Origin: Dehalococcoidales bacterium
Lineage (GTDB): Bacteria > Chloroflexota > Dehalococcoidia > Dehalococcoidales > BS750m-G39
DNA length: 64,000 nt
Direction of reading: 5' to 3'
NCBI GenBank assembly: GCA_022865485.1
Contig: JALHSZ010000006.1
Location: 1,999 to 65,998 of the forward strand
Below are positions 52,063-61,223 of the stretch, in pieces (position 1 is the stretch's first letter; each line of letters starts with the position of its first letter). The notes under the pieces are model-generated. The model was not told where the DNA came from. It searched no databases and saw only the letters and a program-made list of their open reading frames with translations. A program made the position numbers and the translations under genes.

Positions 52063-52656
52063 CTATTCATTACATGCAGGAAATAAATCAGCTAAGAGTA
52101 TGTCTAACTTATATAGTTTTGCGAGATTTATATATTGCTGAACCATCAGGGAGTCTTTTACTTTTAAATACCCGCTCTTTTTAGCACCTTTGTAGTTATG
52201 GTTTCTCATACAAATGTATAGTTTCTTGACTCTTGAGTCCAATAACGCTTTTAAAACATCTTTAAAAAATTCAGCGAAAGCGTCTGACAAACTAATTTCA
52301 AAAGCTGTCCCTGTTTCAATGTCCAAGATGTCAAAAGCCTGCAATTTTTTCGAGTCGATACTGATAGCCTCATTATTGACATTGTCAGAGGCAAATCTTA
52401 AAGTCATTCCTTCAGCGACAGAGGCTTCCATATTCAGCCTATCTCCGAACTTGTTCTTAAGGTATTCCTGCAATTTCTTAGTGGTTCTTGATGCTTTAGC
52501 TTCATCCCTGTCATAATGGGATAAGCCTAGTTGTTTAAGCCATTCAACTTTATAATCAGCGTAGGCATATCCATCACTTCTCTTTTTTAACAGAAAAATC
52601 TGTCCAAAGAACTTTTCTATTTCAGTGAGTACATCCTTATCTACTTTCATTCTCAT
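52063..52656 (-). CDS. AT-rich hypothetical protein, possible PD-(D/E)xK-like nuclease
   Basis: E...FDILD...AFEISLS...EFFKDVLKA arrangement. Confidence 0.5.
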   Translation of the reverse strand: MRMKVDKDVLTEIEKFFGQIFLLKKRSDGYAYADYKVEWLKQLGLSHYDRDEAKASRTTKKLQEYLKNKFGDRLNMEASVAEGMTLRFASDNVNNEAISIDSKKLQAFDILDIETGTAFEISLSDAFAEFFKDVLKALLDSRVKKLYICMRNHNYKGAKKSGYLKVKDSLMVQQYINLAKLYKLDILLADLFPACNE

Positions 52657-52670
52657 CTTTACTCCGATGT

Positions 52671-52856
52671 TCAGTAAGATATTTCTTCAAAAGATTCAAC
52701 TCTATACTCTTTTTGGCATTTTCTACATTTTACCTCTATTACTGCCTCATTGTCAGGAACACATTTTAGGATACCGTCTTCTATTTCTCCTTCATAAACT
52801 TTTTCAGAAATAACAAGGAACACATTACTGCCGCAGTTACAATTTTCTACAAACAT
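52671..52856 (-). CDS. 61-aa Zn-ribbon-like protein
   Basis: CNCG...CRKC; AGGAGGT SD. Confidence 0.6.
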   Translation of the reverse strand: MFVENCNCGSNVFLVISEKVYEGEIEDGILKCVPDNEAVIEVKCRKCQKEYRVESFEEISY

Positions 52857-52906
52857 CTCTGTCTTACCTCCTGTTACTTATACCTCCTTACCCCCAACCT
52901 CCCCCC

Positions 52907-52962
52907 TTTAGAGTTTAGGATTTAGTATTTAGAGTTTAGAATTTAGTGTTTAGTGCTTAGTG
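52907..52962 (+). repeat. Heptamer tandem repeat (YTTAGNN)x8
   Basis: tttagag tttagga tttagta tttagag tttagaa tttagtg tttagtg cttagtg. Confidence 0.9.
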
Positions 52963-52977
52963 CTTCCCCCTTCTCCC

Positions 52978-53556
52978 TCATCCCCCGCACCCCACAATAA
53001 TATCATCCAGCGCCCGCTTGGGCACGTGGTGCACCTCGTCCTTATCCCGCCAGTACTTAATATCGCCGTCGGCGCCCACCTTCTCCAGCGTCACCTTCTC
53101 CCTGGGCTTGCCCAGCGCCAGCACGAGCAAAATCTCATAGTGCTCCGGAATCTTGAGCAGCTTGCGCAGCTTGGTCCTTTGCACTGCCGCCAGGATGCAT
53201 CCCCCCAGCCCCCTCTCGGTAGCACCGAGCATGATGCTCTGGGCGGCGACGCCGTGGTCGCAGAGGAAAGCGGAGCTGATGCTGGTATCCCCGAGCACGA
53301 TGATATAGGCCGTCGGCCTCTCGCCCTCGGCGGGACCGCGCCAGTCCTTGATGTAGCCCGCCCACCTGAGGCAGGGGAAGATGAGCGCGTTCCTCTCTGG
53401 CTGGCAGGACAGGATATATTTGAGCGGCTGCAGGTTAGCGGCGGAAGCCGAGAGCCGCCCCAGGTCGACCAGCTCCTTCAGCGTCGCCAACTCCACGGGC
53501 ACTTCCTGGTGAAAGCGCCGGTAGCTGCGGTTTTTAACTATCAAGTCTCTTATCAT
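52978..53556 (-). CDS. Nitroreductase-family protein
   Basis: RS.RRF, SAANLQP, D.G.AAQ...L.A...GLG.C, PKR. Confidence 0.9.
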   Translation of the reverse strand: MIRDLIVKNRSYRRFHQEVPVELATLKELVDLGRLSASAANLQPLKYILSCQPERNALIFPCLRWAGYIKDWRGPAEGERPTAYIIVLGDTSISSAFLCDHGVAAQSIMLGATERGLGGCILAAVQRTKLRKLLKIPEHYEILLVLALGKPREKVTLEKVGADGDIKYWRDKDEVHHVPKRALDDIIVGCGG

Positions 53557-53578
53557 CGGCATCTCCTCGTCTTGCTTC

Positions 53579-53750
53579 ACATAACGGCAAGACCAAAACA
53601 AATAAACTTTACCCCGAATCCGTGCCTATATTACATAACGGAGCGAGCAAAACAAATCAAAACAATTCCCCTTTTTCCCGAATTCCTGCCTGATTTAACA
53701 TAACTCGAAAAACAAACAATTAAAGCTGTCAGGCGTGAATTGTTTTCCCC
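53579..53750 (-). repeat. ~180-bp AT-rich element, copy 1 (family C)
   Basis: Reverse-complement homolog of 58687-58870; three ACATAAC boxes. Confidence 0.88.
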
Positions 53751-53774
53751 AAACAAAACGCCTTTTTGTCGCCC

Positions 53775-54278
53775 CTACTTATACCTCTTCACCTCGAACC
53801 GGTACAGCTCCACCGGCTCGTCGGGGTCTATGCCCGCCTTCAGCCGGCAGATGCCGACCTGCTCCTCGACCGTATTCACCCCTTCCAGGTCGGGCAGGAG
53901 CAGCCCCTTGCGCCACCCCGCCTCCACGATGACCCCGTACCGCTTGGGGTCGAGCTGGTCCTGGCTCTCTACCCACTCGGGCTTGCTCAGCACGTCTATA
54001 CTGTAGTCAAGGTGCTTAAGCTCGGCTCTGGTGACCGGCAGGAAGCGAGGGTCTCTACTGGCTGAGCTGATGGCGTTGGCTACTATCTCCTCGGCCACGT
54101 TAGCGTGCTGGGGCTCGAAGGTGCCGATGCAGCCCCTCAGCTCGCCGAGCTTATGGATGGAAACGAAGACGCCCCTCTTCTCCTTCATCTCGGCGCTAAG
54201 CCTTTTAGGCTGAAAGACTTCGCCCTTTCTAACGTAGGCCTCCACCGTCTTCTGGGCCAGTCTCACCAGTGGGTGCAT
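53775..54278 (-). CDS. amrA: AmmeMemoRadiSAM protein A (AMMECR1 domain)
   Basis: GVFVS...LRGCIGT, DPRF, GLLLP, KAGI. Confidence 0.92.
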   Translation of the reverse strand: MHPLVRLAQKTVEAYVRKGEVFQPKRLSAEMKEKRGVFVSIHKLGELRGCIGTFEPQHANVAEEIVANAISSASRDPRFLPVTRAELKHLDYSIDVLSKPEWVESQDQLDPKRYGVIVEAGWRKGLLLPDLEGVNTVEEQVGICRLKAGIDPDEPVELYRFEVKRYK

Positions 54279-54279
54279 C

Positions 54280-55098
54280 TCATTCCCCTCCGCCCTTAAT
54301 GATTATCCCCGCATAGCCTACCACGCTCGAGTAATCGCCGGTGACATCACCGCTGGTCTGGTATTTGACCAGTTCCGCCCCCGTGGCTCCCAGTTCCTTG
54401 GCGGCAACGATAAGGCTGACTGCGGGGGCGTAGCCGCACATGGTGATATTGAACTCAACGACCCTTTTCAGCAGCTCATCTTCGTTCAAATCCAGCATGG
54501 CTTCTATGGCTTGCCTGTCCTTCTCCTGCGCCGACTCCTGTGGCTCGTAGTGGCTCATGTCGCTTGAGGCTACGATTACCACCTCTTTACCCAGTTCCTT
54601 GACCGCCTCGGCTATCTCACGGCCGACCTCCTTGTAGATAGCGCCGCTGGGGTGGCCAAAGACGATGGGGACTAGCTTAAAATCGGGCTTAAAGTATTGC
54701 AAAAACGGGAGCTGAACCTCGATAGAGTGCTCGTAGATTTGAGCTTTATCATCCTCTTCCAGGTGCTTGGAGGTGGCTAGAATCTTCTTGCCCAGTTCCG
54801 AATCAATCTCCACCTCTCCCAGTGGCGTTTTCCACTTGCCTTCGGTCATGATGCTTAAAGGCTTGCCGGCTCCGGTGTGGTTGGGCCCCATGATGATAAA
54901 GGTGTCCTTAAACCTGATTCTGGATACAACCGCCCCCGCCACCGGCCCGGAATAGATATAGCCAGCATGGGGCAAAACCAGGCCAATTACCTCTTCTTTG
55001 GCCATCTCCTCAATTTTAACCATTCCCTCAATCATCGCCTTAAGCTCTGAGGCTGATGCCGGATAGAACTGCCCGGCGACAACTGGATTTCTAACCAT
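54280..55098 (-). CDS. amrB: AmmeMemoRadiSAM protein B (MEMO1 family)
   Basis: AG.FYP, PHAGY.YSG, EHS.EVQLPF, SSD.SHY, VGYA. Confidence 0.93.
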   Translation of the reverse strand: MVRNPVVAGQFYPASASELKAMIEGMVKIEEMAKEEVIGLVLPHAGYIYSGPVAGAVVSRIRFKDTFIIMGPNHTGAGKPLSIMTEGKWKTPLGEVEIDSELGKKILATSKHLEEDDKAQIYEHSIEVQLPFLQYFKPDFKLVPIVFGHPSGAIYKEVGREIAEAVKELGKEVVIVASSDMSHYEPQESAQEKDRQAIEAMLDLNEDELLKRVVEFNITMCGYAPAVSLIVAAKELGATGAELVKYQTSGDVTGDYSSVVGYAGIIIKGGGE

Positions 55099-55112
55099 CT
55101 TGCGCTCCTCTC

Positions 55113-56135
55113 CTAGGCCGGAGTCCTGAAGTTAAGCTCCGCCCCGCAGAACCGGCACTTTGAGCCCTCCAGCCCGACCAGCTGGGTCTGGTAACCGAAC
55201 CTGTTGACAATAGTGTTGCCACAGGAGTAGCAGACAGTATTTTCACGGCTGTGCCCGGGGACGTTGCCCGTATAGACAAACTTAAGCCCGGCCTTGGCCC
55301 CAATCTCGCAGGCATGCTCCAGAGTTGATACCGGGGTTGGGGGTAAACCTTTCATGTTGTGATAGGGATAGAACCGGGTCACATGCCACGGCGTCAGTTC
55401 GCCCAGCCCTTCCCTTATCCAGTTGGCGATGCCCTCAAGCTGCTGGTCATCGTCGTTCATGGTGGGTATGATATTGGTCACCACCTCAACGTGCATATTC
55501 CACTTATCTTTAGCTCGTTGAGCAACCTCAAGTATTCCCCGCCAGCGGTTTACCTTAGCCAGCTTTTGGTAGAGGGAGTCGGTGAAACCCTTGATATCAA
55601 CCCGCCAGGCATCAAGGTAAGGCCCGATGGTATCCAGCGCCTCAGGGGTGAGGAAGCCGTTGGTCACATAGACGGTGTAGAGGTGGTTCTGCTTAGCCAG
55701 CTTGGCAGAGTCGAGGGTATATTCAAACCAGATGCTGGGCTCATTATATGTCCAGGCGATACCCTGGCAGCAATAGCGTATTGCCAGTTCCACGGCCGCC
55801 TGGGGCGGGACTTCGTTGCAACCGAGCCACGGCTCGTTATCGGCGGGGCAGGAAATCTCCCAGTTCTGGCAGTCCCAGCAGTGGAAGTTGCATCCCCACC
55901 CCCCTATGGAGAAGGCCAGAGTGCCGGGAAAGAAGTGGAAAAGGGGCTTCTTTTCGATAGGGTCGGCGGCTACCGATGACGCTTTGGCGTAGTTCAGGTT
56001 ATACAATACGCCGTCATGGTTCTGATAGACCCGGCAGACGCCGAACTTACCGGGAGCTATATTGCAGCGCCACTGGCAGGTATTGCACCTTACCCTGGAG
56101 TGGGGTAGCTTCTCATAGAGCATTGCCTCGTGCAT
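55113..56135 (-). CDS. amrS: AmmeMemoRadiSAM radical SAM enzyme
   Basis: DPIEKKPLFHF.PG, GCNFHCWDCQN, TYNEP, C-terminal Cys pairs. Confidence 0.93.
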   Translation of the reverse strand: MHEAMLYEKLPHSRVRCNTCQWRCNIAPGKFGVCRVYQNHDGVLYNLNYAKASSVAADPIEKKPLFHFFPGTLAFSIGGWGCNFHCWDCQNWEISCPADNEPWLGCNEVPPQAAVELAIRYCCQGIAWTYNEPSIWFEYTLDSAKLAKQNHLYTVYVTNGFLTPEALDTIGPYLDAWRVDIKGFTDSLYQKLAKVNRWRGILEVAQRAKDKWNMHVEVVTNIIPTMNDDDQQLEGIANWIREGLGELTPWHVTRFYPYHNMKGLPPTPVSTLEHACEIGAKAGLKFVYTGNVPGHSRENTVCYSCGNTIVNRFGYQTQLVGLEGSKCRFCGAELNFRTPA

Positions 56136-56244
56136 GATGCTCCTTTTTGTAATTATAGCACTTGCCTTGGGTCAATTATAACCCCTTTAGAGGTAGAAAA
56201 ATAATACCTTGACTACATAACTACCACCAGCTAGACTTGGTGGG

Positions 56245-56853
56245 ATGAAGGTTATTGGTCTTACCGGTGGTATAGGCAGCGGCAAGAGCACTGTGTCCCG
56301 GTTCCTTGAGGAATTGGGGGCGGTGACTATTGATGCCGATAAGGTAGGGCATGAGGCGTTCAAGCCAGGTACCGAGACCTGGCGGGAAGTGGCAGCTGCC
56401 TTCGGCAAGGAGATTCTCAACCCCGATGGTGAGATTGACCGTCAGAAGCTGGGCAAGATAGTCTTTAGCGACTCCCAGGCTCTAGCCCGCCTGAACCAGA
56501 TAGTGCACCCCCGCATATATGCCTTGGTGAAAGCCAAAATCGAGGACTATCGGCGGTGGGGGGTGGGGGTGGTGGTGCTGGAAGCCCCGCTCCTGCTGGA
56601 AGTGGGCAGACCTTCGTTGGCCGACGAGGTAGACGAGGTCTGGGTTACGGTTGCCCCGGAGGCTGTCGTCTTGAAGCGGCTGGAGAAGAAGACAGGGCTT
56701 TCCCAAGCGCAGTCCCGGGCCCGCATCCGTTCCCAGCTGCCTTCAAAAGAAAGGCTAAAGCACGCCGACGTGGTTATTGATACCGATTGCCGTCTTGACG
56801 AGTTGAAGGCGAGGGTGGAAAAGCTATGGCGGAGGCTTTCGCTTGACACCTAG
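56245..56853 (+). CDS. coaE: Dephospho-CoA kinase
   Basis: GLTGGIGSGKS, IDAD, L..IVHP, PLL.E. Confidence 0.96.
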   Translation: MKVIGLTGGIGSGKSTVSRFLEELGAVTIDADKVGHEAFKPGTETWREVAAAFGKEILNPDGEIDRQKLGKIVFSDSQALARLNQIVHPRIYALVKAKIEDYRRWGVGVVVLEAPLLLEVGRPSLADEVDEVWVTVAPEAVVLKRLEKKTGLSQAQSRARIRSQLPSKERLKHADVVIDTDCRLDELKARVEKLWRRLSLDT

Positions 56854-56872
56854 CCTTAGTGCTTGGTAGAAT
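56843..56872 (+). promoter_or_regulatory. rplU promoter
   Basis: TTGACA-18 nt-TAGAAT with TG extension. Confidence 0.6.
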
Positions 56873-56899
56873 ATTCTGTTTGTTTTCGGAGGTTTGAAG

Positions 56900-57283
56900 A
56901 TTTACGCTGTTATTGAAACTGGTGGTAAGCAGTACAAGGTAAGCCCCGGCCAGACCATAGATGTGGAACGCCTGGACGTGGCGGAAGGTAAAACCGTTGA
57001 CTTGGACAGGGTACTGCTTATTGGCGACGGTAAACGGGTAACGGTAGGCGCGCCCACTGTGGATGGAGCCAAGGTAGTGGCTACCTCGCAGGGGGAGGGC
57101 AAGGGCGATAAGGTTATCATCTTTAAGTATAAGCCCAAGGTGCGCTACCGTAAGAAGACAGGACACCGTCAGTTTTATACCAGATTGGTTATAGATAAGA
57201 TAATTGAGCCGGGGGCGGCATCAGCCAAGCCGCCAAAGAAGGCTCAGCGGCGGAAAAATGAGGTGACTAAGGATGGCACATAA
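56900..57283 (+). CDS. rplU: 50S ribosomal protein L21, apparent ATT start
   Basis: [15 protein letters not shown]; basic C-terminal extension. Confidence 0.96.
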   Translation: MYAVIETGGKQYKVSPGQTIDVERLDVAEGKTVDLDRVLLIGDGKRVTVGAPTVDGAKVVATSQGEGKGDKVIIFKYKPKVRYRKKTGHRQFYTRLVIDKIIEPGAASAKPPKKAQRRKNEVTKDGT

Positions 57284-57527
57284 AAAGGCAGGCGGCACCA
57301 GCCGTTGCGGCCGCGATAGCCAGTCCAAGCGGCTGGGAGTCAAGATATACGCGGGACAGAAGGTAAATGCCGGTACTATCCTGGTGCGGCAGCGGGGCAC
57401 ACGCATTCACCCTGGCGATAATGTGGGTGTGGGCAAGGACTACACCCTCTTTGCCTTGGTTGACGGCGTGGTTGCCTTTGAACCGACCAGCAACAACCGG
57501 AGAAAGGTCAGCGTTTACGCTAGCTGA
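57273..57527 (+). CDS. rpmA: 50S ribosomal protein L27
   Basis: [23 protein letters not shown]. Confidence 0.97.
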   Translation: MAHKKAGGTSRCGRDSQSKRLGVKIYAGQKVNAGTILVRQRGTRIHPGDNVGVGKDYTLFALVDGVVAFEPTSNNRRKVSVYAS

Positions 57528-57535
57528 TTGGCTTA

Positions 57536-57742
57536 ATGAAGAGCAAGATTCACCCTGAATTTTATACTGATGCCAAGGTGATTTGTGCCTGTGGCAATAC
57601 CTTTACCGTCGGTTCGACCAAGAAGACGTTAAAGGTTGAGCTTTGCAGTAAGTGCCATCCCTTTTTCACCAGGGAGCGCCGAATGGTGGACACACTGGGG
57701 CGCGTGGAACGGTTTAAGAAGCGCTACAAGCTGGAGGATTAG
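57536..57742 (+). CDS. rpmE: 50S ribosomal protein L31 (Zn-binding type)
   Basis: [16 protein letters not shown]. Confidence 0.96.
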   Translation: MKSKIHPEFYTDAKVICACGNTFTVGSTKKTLKVELCSKCHPFFTRERRMVDTLGRVERFKKRYKLED

Positions 57743-57761
57743 ATAAACATCTTTTAAGGGT

Positions 57762-57791
57762 AGGAGCGGGTTGTAAAGCCGCTCCTTTTTC
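57762..57791 (+). terminator. Intrinsic terminator after rpmE
   Basis: AGGAGCGG...CCGCTCCT followed by a T run. Confidence 0.75.
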
Positions 57792-57795
57792 TATT

Positions 57796-58674
57796 ATGGC
57801 GGAACGATTTTATTACGGAGGTCAGGCGGTTATTGAGGGGGTGATGATGCGGGGGCGGAAGGCGATGGTGACCGCCGTGCGTCGTCCCAATGGCGAGCTG
57901 GCTATGGATAGCCAGCCGCTGGGGGGTATCTATTCGGGCTGGATGAGAAGAACCCCGCTGCTCCGGGGCATCATCGTTTTGATTGAGGTCATGGTGCTGG
58001 GGATGAAGACGCTGCTCTATTCAGCTAATGTCTCTCTGGAGGAGGAAAAGGCGGAGATCTCGGGGTGGCTGGTCTGGCTGCTGGTAGGTGTTTCCCTGGC
58101 GGTGGCCGTTGTCCTCTTCTTTATGGCGCCTCTTTTCCTGACCAAGTTGCTGGGCTCTTATATCACTTCGTCAGTGGTGTTCAGCCTGGTAGAGGGCTTA
58201 ATACGGGTGGCTATTATTATTGTCTACCTGTGGGCGATTGGGCTGATGCCTGATATTAAGCGGTATTTCGCCTATCACGGCGCTGAGCATAAGACGGTTA
58301 ATGCCTATGAGGGTGGGGTGCCGCTGGAGGTGGAGGCCGTTAAGAAGTATAGTACGGCCCACGTCCGCTGCGGTACCAGTTTCCTCTTTACCGTGGTCAT
58401 CATAGCTATCATTGTCTTTGCCCTGGTGGGGCTGCCGGCGACGTGGATGCTGGTGCTATCCAGGATAGTGCTGCTGCCGGTGATTGCCGCCTTCGCCTAT
58501 GAGGTCATCTACCTCAGCGGCAGGCATGCCGATAACGTCTTCGTGAGGGTGCTGATGGCACCGGGGCGGTGGCTGCAGAGGCTGACCACGAGGGAGCCTG
58601 ACGACGGCCAGCTCGAGGTGGCTATATCGGCGCTCAAGAGGGCAGTGGAGTTGGACGAGGCGAAGGCGACATAA
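57796..58674 (+). CDS. DUF1385 (YqhQ-like) membrane protein
   Basis: GGQAVIEGVMMR, YHGAEHK, RCGTSF, LQ.LTTREP. Confidence 0.9.
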   Translation: MAERFYYGGQAVIEGVMMRGRKAMVTAVRRPNGELAMDSQPLGGIYSGWMRRTPLLRGIIVLIEVMVLGMKTLLYSANVSLEEEKAEISGWLVWLLVGVSLAVAVVLFFMAPLFLTKLLGSYITSSVVFSLVEGLIRVAIIIVYLWAIGLMPDIKRYFAYHGAEHKTVNAYEGGVPLEVEAVKKYSTAHVRCGTSFLFTVVIIAIIVFALVGLPATWMLVLSRIVLLPVIAAFAYEVIYLSGRHADNVFVRVLMAPGRWLQRLTTREPDDGQLEVAISALKRAVELDEAKAT

Positions 58675-58686
58675 GCCTCTTTTTCG

Positions 58687-58870
58687 GGGGAAAACAATTC
58701 ACGGGTGGATGGCTTTAATTGTTTGTTTCTAGAGTTATGTTAATTCAGGCACGAATTTGGGAGAAAAGGGATTTGTTTTGATTTGTTTTGATTTGTTTTG
58801 CCCTCTCCGTTATGTAAAAATAGGCACGGATTCGGGTTTTGAGTTTATTTGTTTTTCTTCCCCGTTATGT
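58687..58870 (+). repeat. ~180-bp AT-rich element, copy 2 (family C)
   Basis: Inverted homolog of 53579-53750 with one extra ATTTGTTTTG unit. Confidence 0.88.
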
Positions 58871-59208
58871 TAATCTTCCACATCTTTCGGGTTTAGCCGC
58901 TGGAAGAAGCAGGTGGGGTTGCCGGTGTGGCAGACGGGGCCGCTGGCTTTGCCCTTGATTAAGATGGTGTCGCTGTCGCAGTCTTTCCAGACCTCGCGGA
59001 CCTTGATGATGCTGCCGGAGGTTTCGCCTTTGTGCCAGAGCTCCTGGCGGCTGCGGCTGTAGAACCAGGCTTCGCCGCTGGTCAGGGTGCGGCGCAGGGC
59101 TTCGGCGTTCATGTAGGCGAGCATGAGGACTTCGCCAGTGTCGGTGTCCTGGGCGATGGCGGGGATGAGGCCGTCTTTGTTGAATCTGATGTCTTTGGTC
59201 AGTTTCAT
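58870..59208 (-). CDS. hisI: Phosphoribosyl-AMP cyclohydrolase
   Basis: VLMLAYMN, SRSR..LW.KGETSG, DCD.D, CHTG...CF. Confidence 0.96.
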   Translation of the reverse strand: MKLTKDIRFNKDGLIPAIAQDTDTGEVLMLAYMNAEALRRTLTSGEAWFYSRSRQELWHKGETSGSIIKVREVWKDCDSDTILIKGKASGPVCHTGNPTCFFQRLNPKDVED

Positions 59209-59269
59209 TTTTTAGTCCTTCAGGGGAAGGATTGCCTAATTATATAACATTTTGGGGGGTTTTGCTTCC

Positions 59270-59370
59270 ACCCCACGCCCCATCTTGGATAGCAAAGGTA
59301 TTTTTGTCCCACCCGCCCACCCACAAGCGTTTTTTAAAAGGGGGCGATGCCCCCTCTTAGGCTCCCCTTT
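59270..59370. repeat. Family-B repeat with G4 motif and hairpin
   Basis: GATAGC...TGTCCCACC module shared with 63735-63765; GGGGGCGATGCCCCC hairpin. Confidence 0.65.
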
Positions 59371-59489
59371 TATCTAGTAGGGTGGCGACATGGCATTATA
59401 TTGGCTGTGGGCGTTTTGTGTTATTGTAGTCTTACGGTTGCGTTTAGTCCATAGATTGCACAATTCGGTAGTGGGTCAATTTGAAATCA

Positions 59490-59518
59490 TTGACAAGGCT
59501 GGTTGCAAGGATTATTAT
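59490..59518 (+). promoter_or_regulatory. Cargo-operon promoter
   Basis: TTGACA-17 nt-TATTAT. Confidence 0.65.
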
Positions 59519-59549
59519 GAAGAAAAGGGATGTATTAAGAGGCTCTCCA

Positions 59550-60197
59550 ATGCTAATGACTGACGATATGATTCGTTCAGCAGTACATGAGGGCAACCTG
59601 CAAATCCACGATTTTGACGATTCCTGCTTACACCCAGCAACATATGATGCCCGTCTCGGTGAAGAAGCCATAACAAGCTCTTTCAGGGAAAAGATAAACC
59701 CCAGTAACAAGGGGCTATTCACGATACCAGCTGGAGACTTTGCCCTTGTAACCACGCATGAGAAATTCAAACTCTCTGCTAGTGTGGCAGGTCATATTGG
59801 TTTACGTTCGCATTATAGCAAAAAGGGGTTGTCTTTATTATCCGGCCCGCAGATAGACCCAGGCTTTAATGGTGTTCTTGTTGTAGGGTTGTCTAATCTA
59901 AGCCCTAGAGATGTCACAATTCCTTACAAAGAGAGATTCTGCACTTTGGAGTTCTATAAACTAGCTGAGCCAGCCAGTGTACTTTATCATGGTGAGTATC
60001 AAAACCAAAAGGGAATCTCTCCACGGGACTTGGAAAATCTTGTAGAGGCTCAGGGGATGACTTTCGGGCAGGTGATAAAGCTATTGGGAGATTTATCACT
60101 TAATGTGAAATCACTATCAGATTCAGTTACATTTCTTAAATGGGCGATTCCAGTAGCCTTTGCTATAATAGCTATATTAATAGCTGTCATTAGATAA
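59550..60197 (+). CDS. dCTP deaminase/dUTPase-fold protein with C-terminal TM helix
   Basis: PATYD.RLG, RS....KG, IDPGF.G, Y.G.YQ.Q.G, then WAIPVAFAIIAILIAVI; probable ATG at 59550. Confidence 0.8.
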   Translation: MLMTDDMIRSAVHEGNLQIHDFDDSCLHPATYDARLGEEAITSSFREKINPSNKGLFTIPAGDFALVTTHEKFKLSASVAGHIGLRSHYSKKGLSLLSGPQIDPGFNGVLVVGLSNLSPRDVTIPYKERFCTLEFYKLAEPASVLYHGEYQNQKGISPRDLENLVEAQGMTFGQVIKLLGDLSLNVKSLSDSVTFLKWAIPVAFAIIAILIAVIR

Positions 60198-60229
60198 TTA
60201 AAGCTAGTCAACAATAATGGAGGGATGGG

Positions 60230-60685
60230 ATGGCAAAATATACTGCTAGGGATGTGGCGGAATACTATCTCTGTTGTTCTACTGATAGGGAATCGGGGGA
60301 TTTAATCTCTAACCTAAAAATTCAAAAACTAGTCTATTATGCTCAGGGTATTCATCTAGCAGCCACAGGTAAGCCACTATTTGATGAGGAGATTGTAGCA
60401 TGGATTCATGGGCCTGTAGTTGAGAGTTTATACCACCAATATAAGCATAATGAAGATGGCCCAATTGAGCCTACACCAAACTATGATTTGCCGAAGTTTG
60501 ATAAAGATACCAAACAACTCTTAGATGAAGTATATCGTGTTATAGGTCAATATTCTGCTTGGAAGCTCAGGGAAATGACACACAATGAGACTCCTTGGAT
60601 GAGAGCGTATAGAAATGGCCCTGGCTCAGTCATTGCACATGCAGATATGGCTGAATATTTCAAACCTTTTGTTAAGGTTAATTAG
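60230..60685 (+). CDS. Panacea (DUF4065/SocA/GepA) domain antitoxin
   Basis: SNLKIQKLVYYAQG, LF...I.AW.HGPV, L..MTH.E.PW. Confidence 0.88.
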   Translation: MAKYTARDVAEYYLCCSTDRESGDLISNLKIQKLVYYAQGIHLAATGKPLFDEEIVAWIHGPVVESLYHQYKHNEDGPIEPTPNYDLPKFDKDTKQLLDEVYRVIGQYSAWKLREMTHNETPWMRAYRNGPGSVIAHADMAEYFKPFVKVN

Positions 60686-60687
60686 TC

Positions 60688-61113
60688 TTGCCTAAAAAAC
60701 GCACAACTTATGTTACTTCACCTGCCCAACCCACAACTAGCACCAGCATAAATATTCCTGAAAGGGTATCTACCCCATTTACACAGCAGCCCATAACTTT
60801 CAGTATTGAATGTTGTGATGGAAAGTGGTGCTTCAATAAAATAAAAGAACTGCGAGAAAAGGCTAATCTTGCTGCCAGATTACATGAATTGAGCCAATTG
60901 GCTTGGGGCGATAGTAAACAAACTAGTAGACAATCGCTTGGTTATGAGACTTTAGACCATATTAAAGTAACTAGTAAGAAATTACCAGCGGGGGCTAGAA
61001 AAATAGGATTTGTTTACCATAATAATCATCGGATGATAGGTTATCGAGATGTGCAAGGCATTTTTCACATTCTTTGGTTTGATTACAATGGGAAGTTATA
61101 CAAACACAACTAG
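60688..61113 (+). CDS. Putative RelE-like toxin partnered with Panacea
   Basis: Starts 2 nt after the antitoxin; C-terminal R..GY....F.ILW.D....LY.H pattern. Confidence 0.6.
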   Translation: MPKKRTTYVTSPAQPTTSTSINIPERVSTPFTQQPITFSIECCDGKWCFNKIKELREKANLAARLHELSQLAWGDSKQTSRQSLGYETLDHIKVTSKKLPAGARKIGFVYHNNHRMIGYRDVQGIFHILWFDYNGKLYKHN

Positions 61114-61115
61114 TC

Positions 61116-61223
61116 TTAAGGGGCGAGTTCTAAAATGTTTTCAATAGTCCAAATCCGGCTTGCAATCCCCGCTGCCATTGCTGGCGTTCTCGGATATGGA
61201 TTAGCCAGTGTCTTATGTGGCCT
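61116..61223 (-). pseudogene. C-terminal remnant of an IS1-like DDE transposase
   Basis: RPHKTLANPYPRTPAMAAGIASRIWTIENILELAP*, the H..L...TPAMAAG...W tail motif. Confidence 0.7.

Noticed and set aside
53579-53750. ACATAAC/GTTATGT boxes as integron attC sites
   Set aside because: All boxes in a copy face the same way, so there is no R''/R' pair, and no integron integrase is present.
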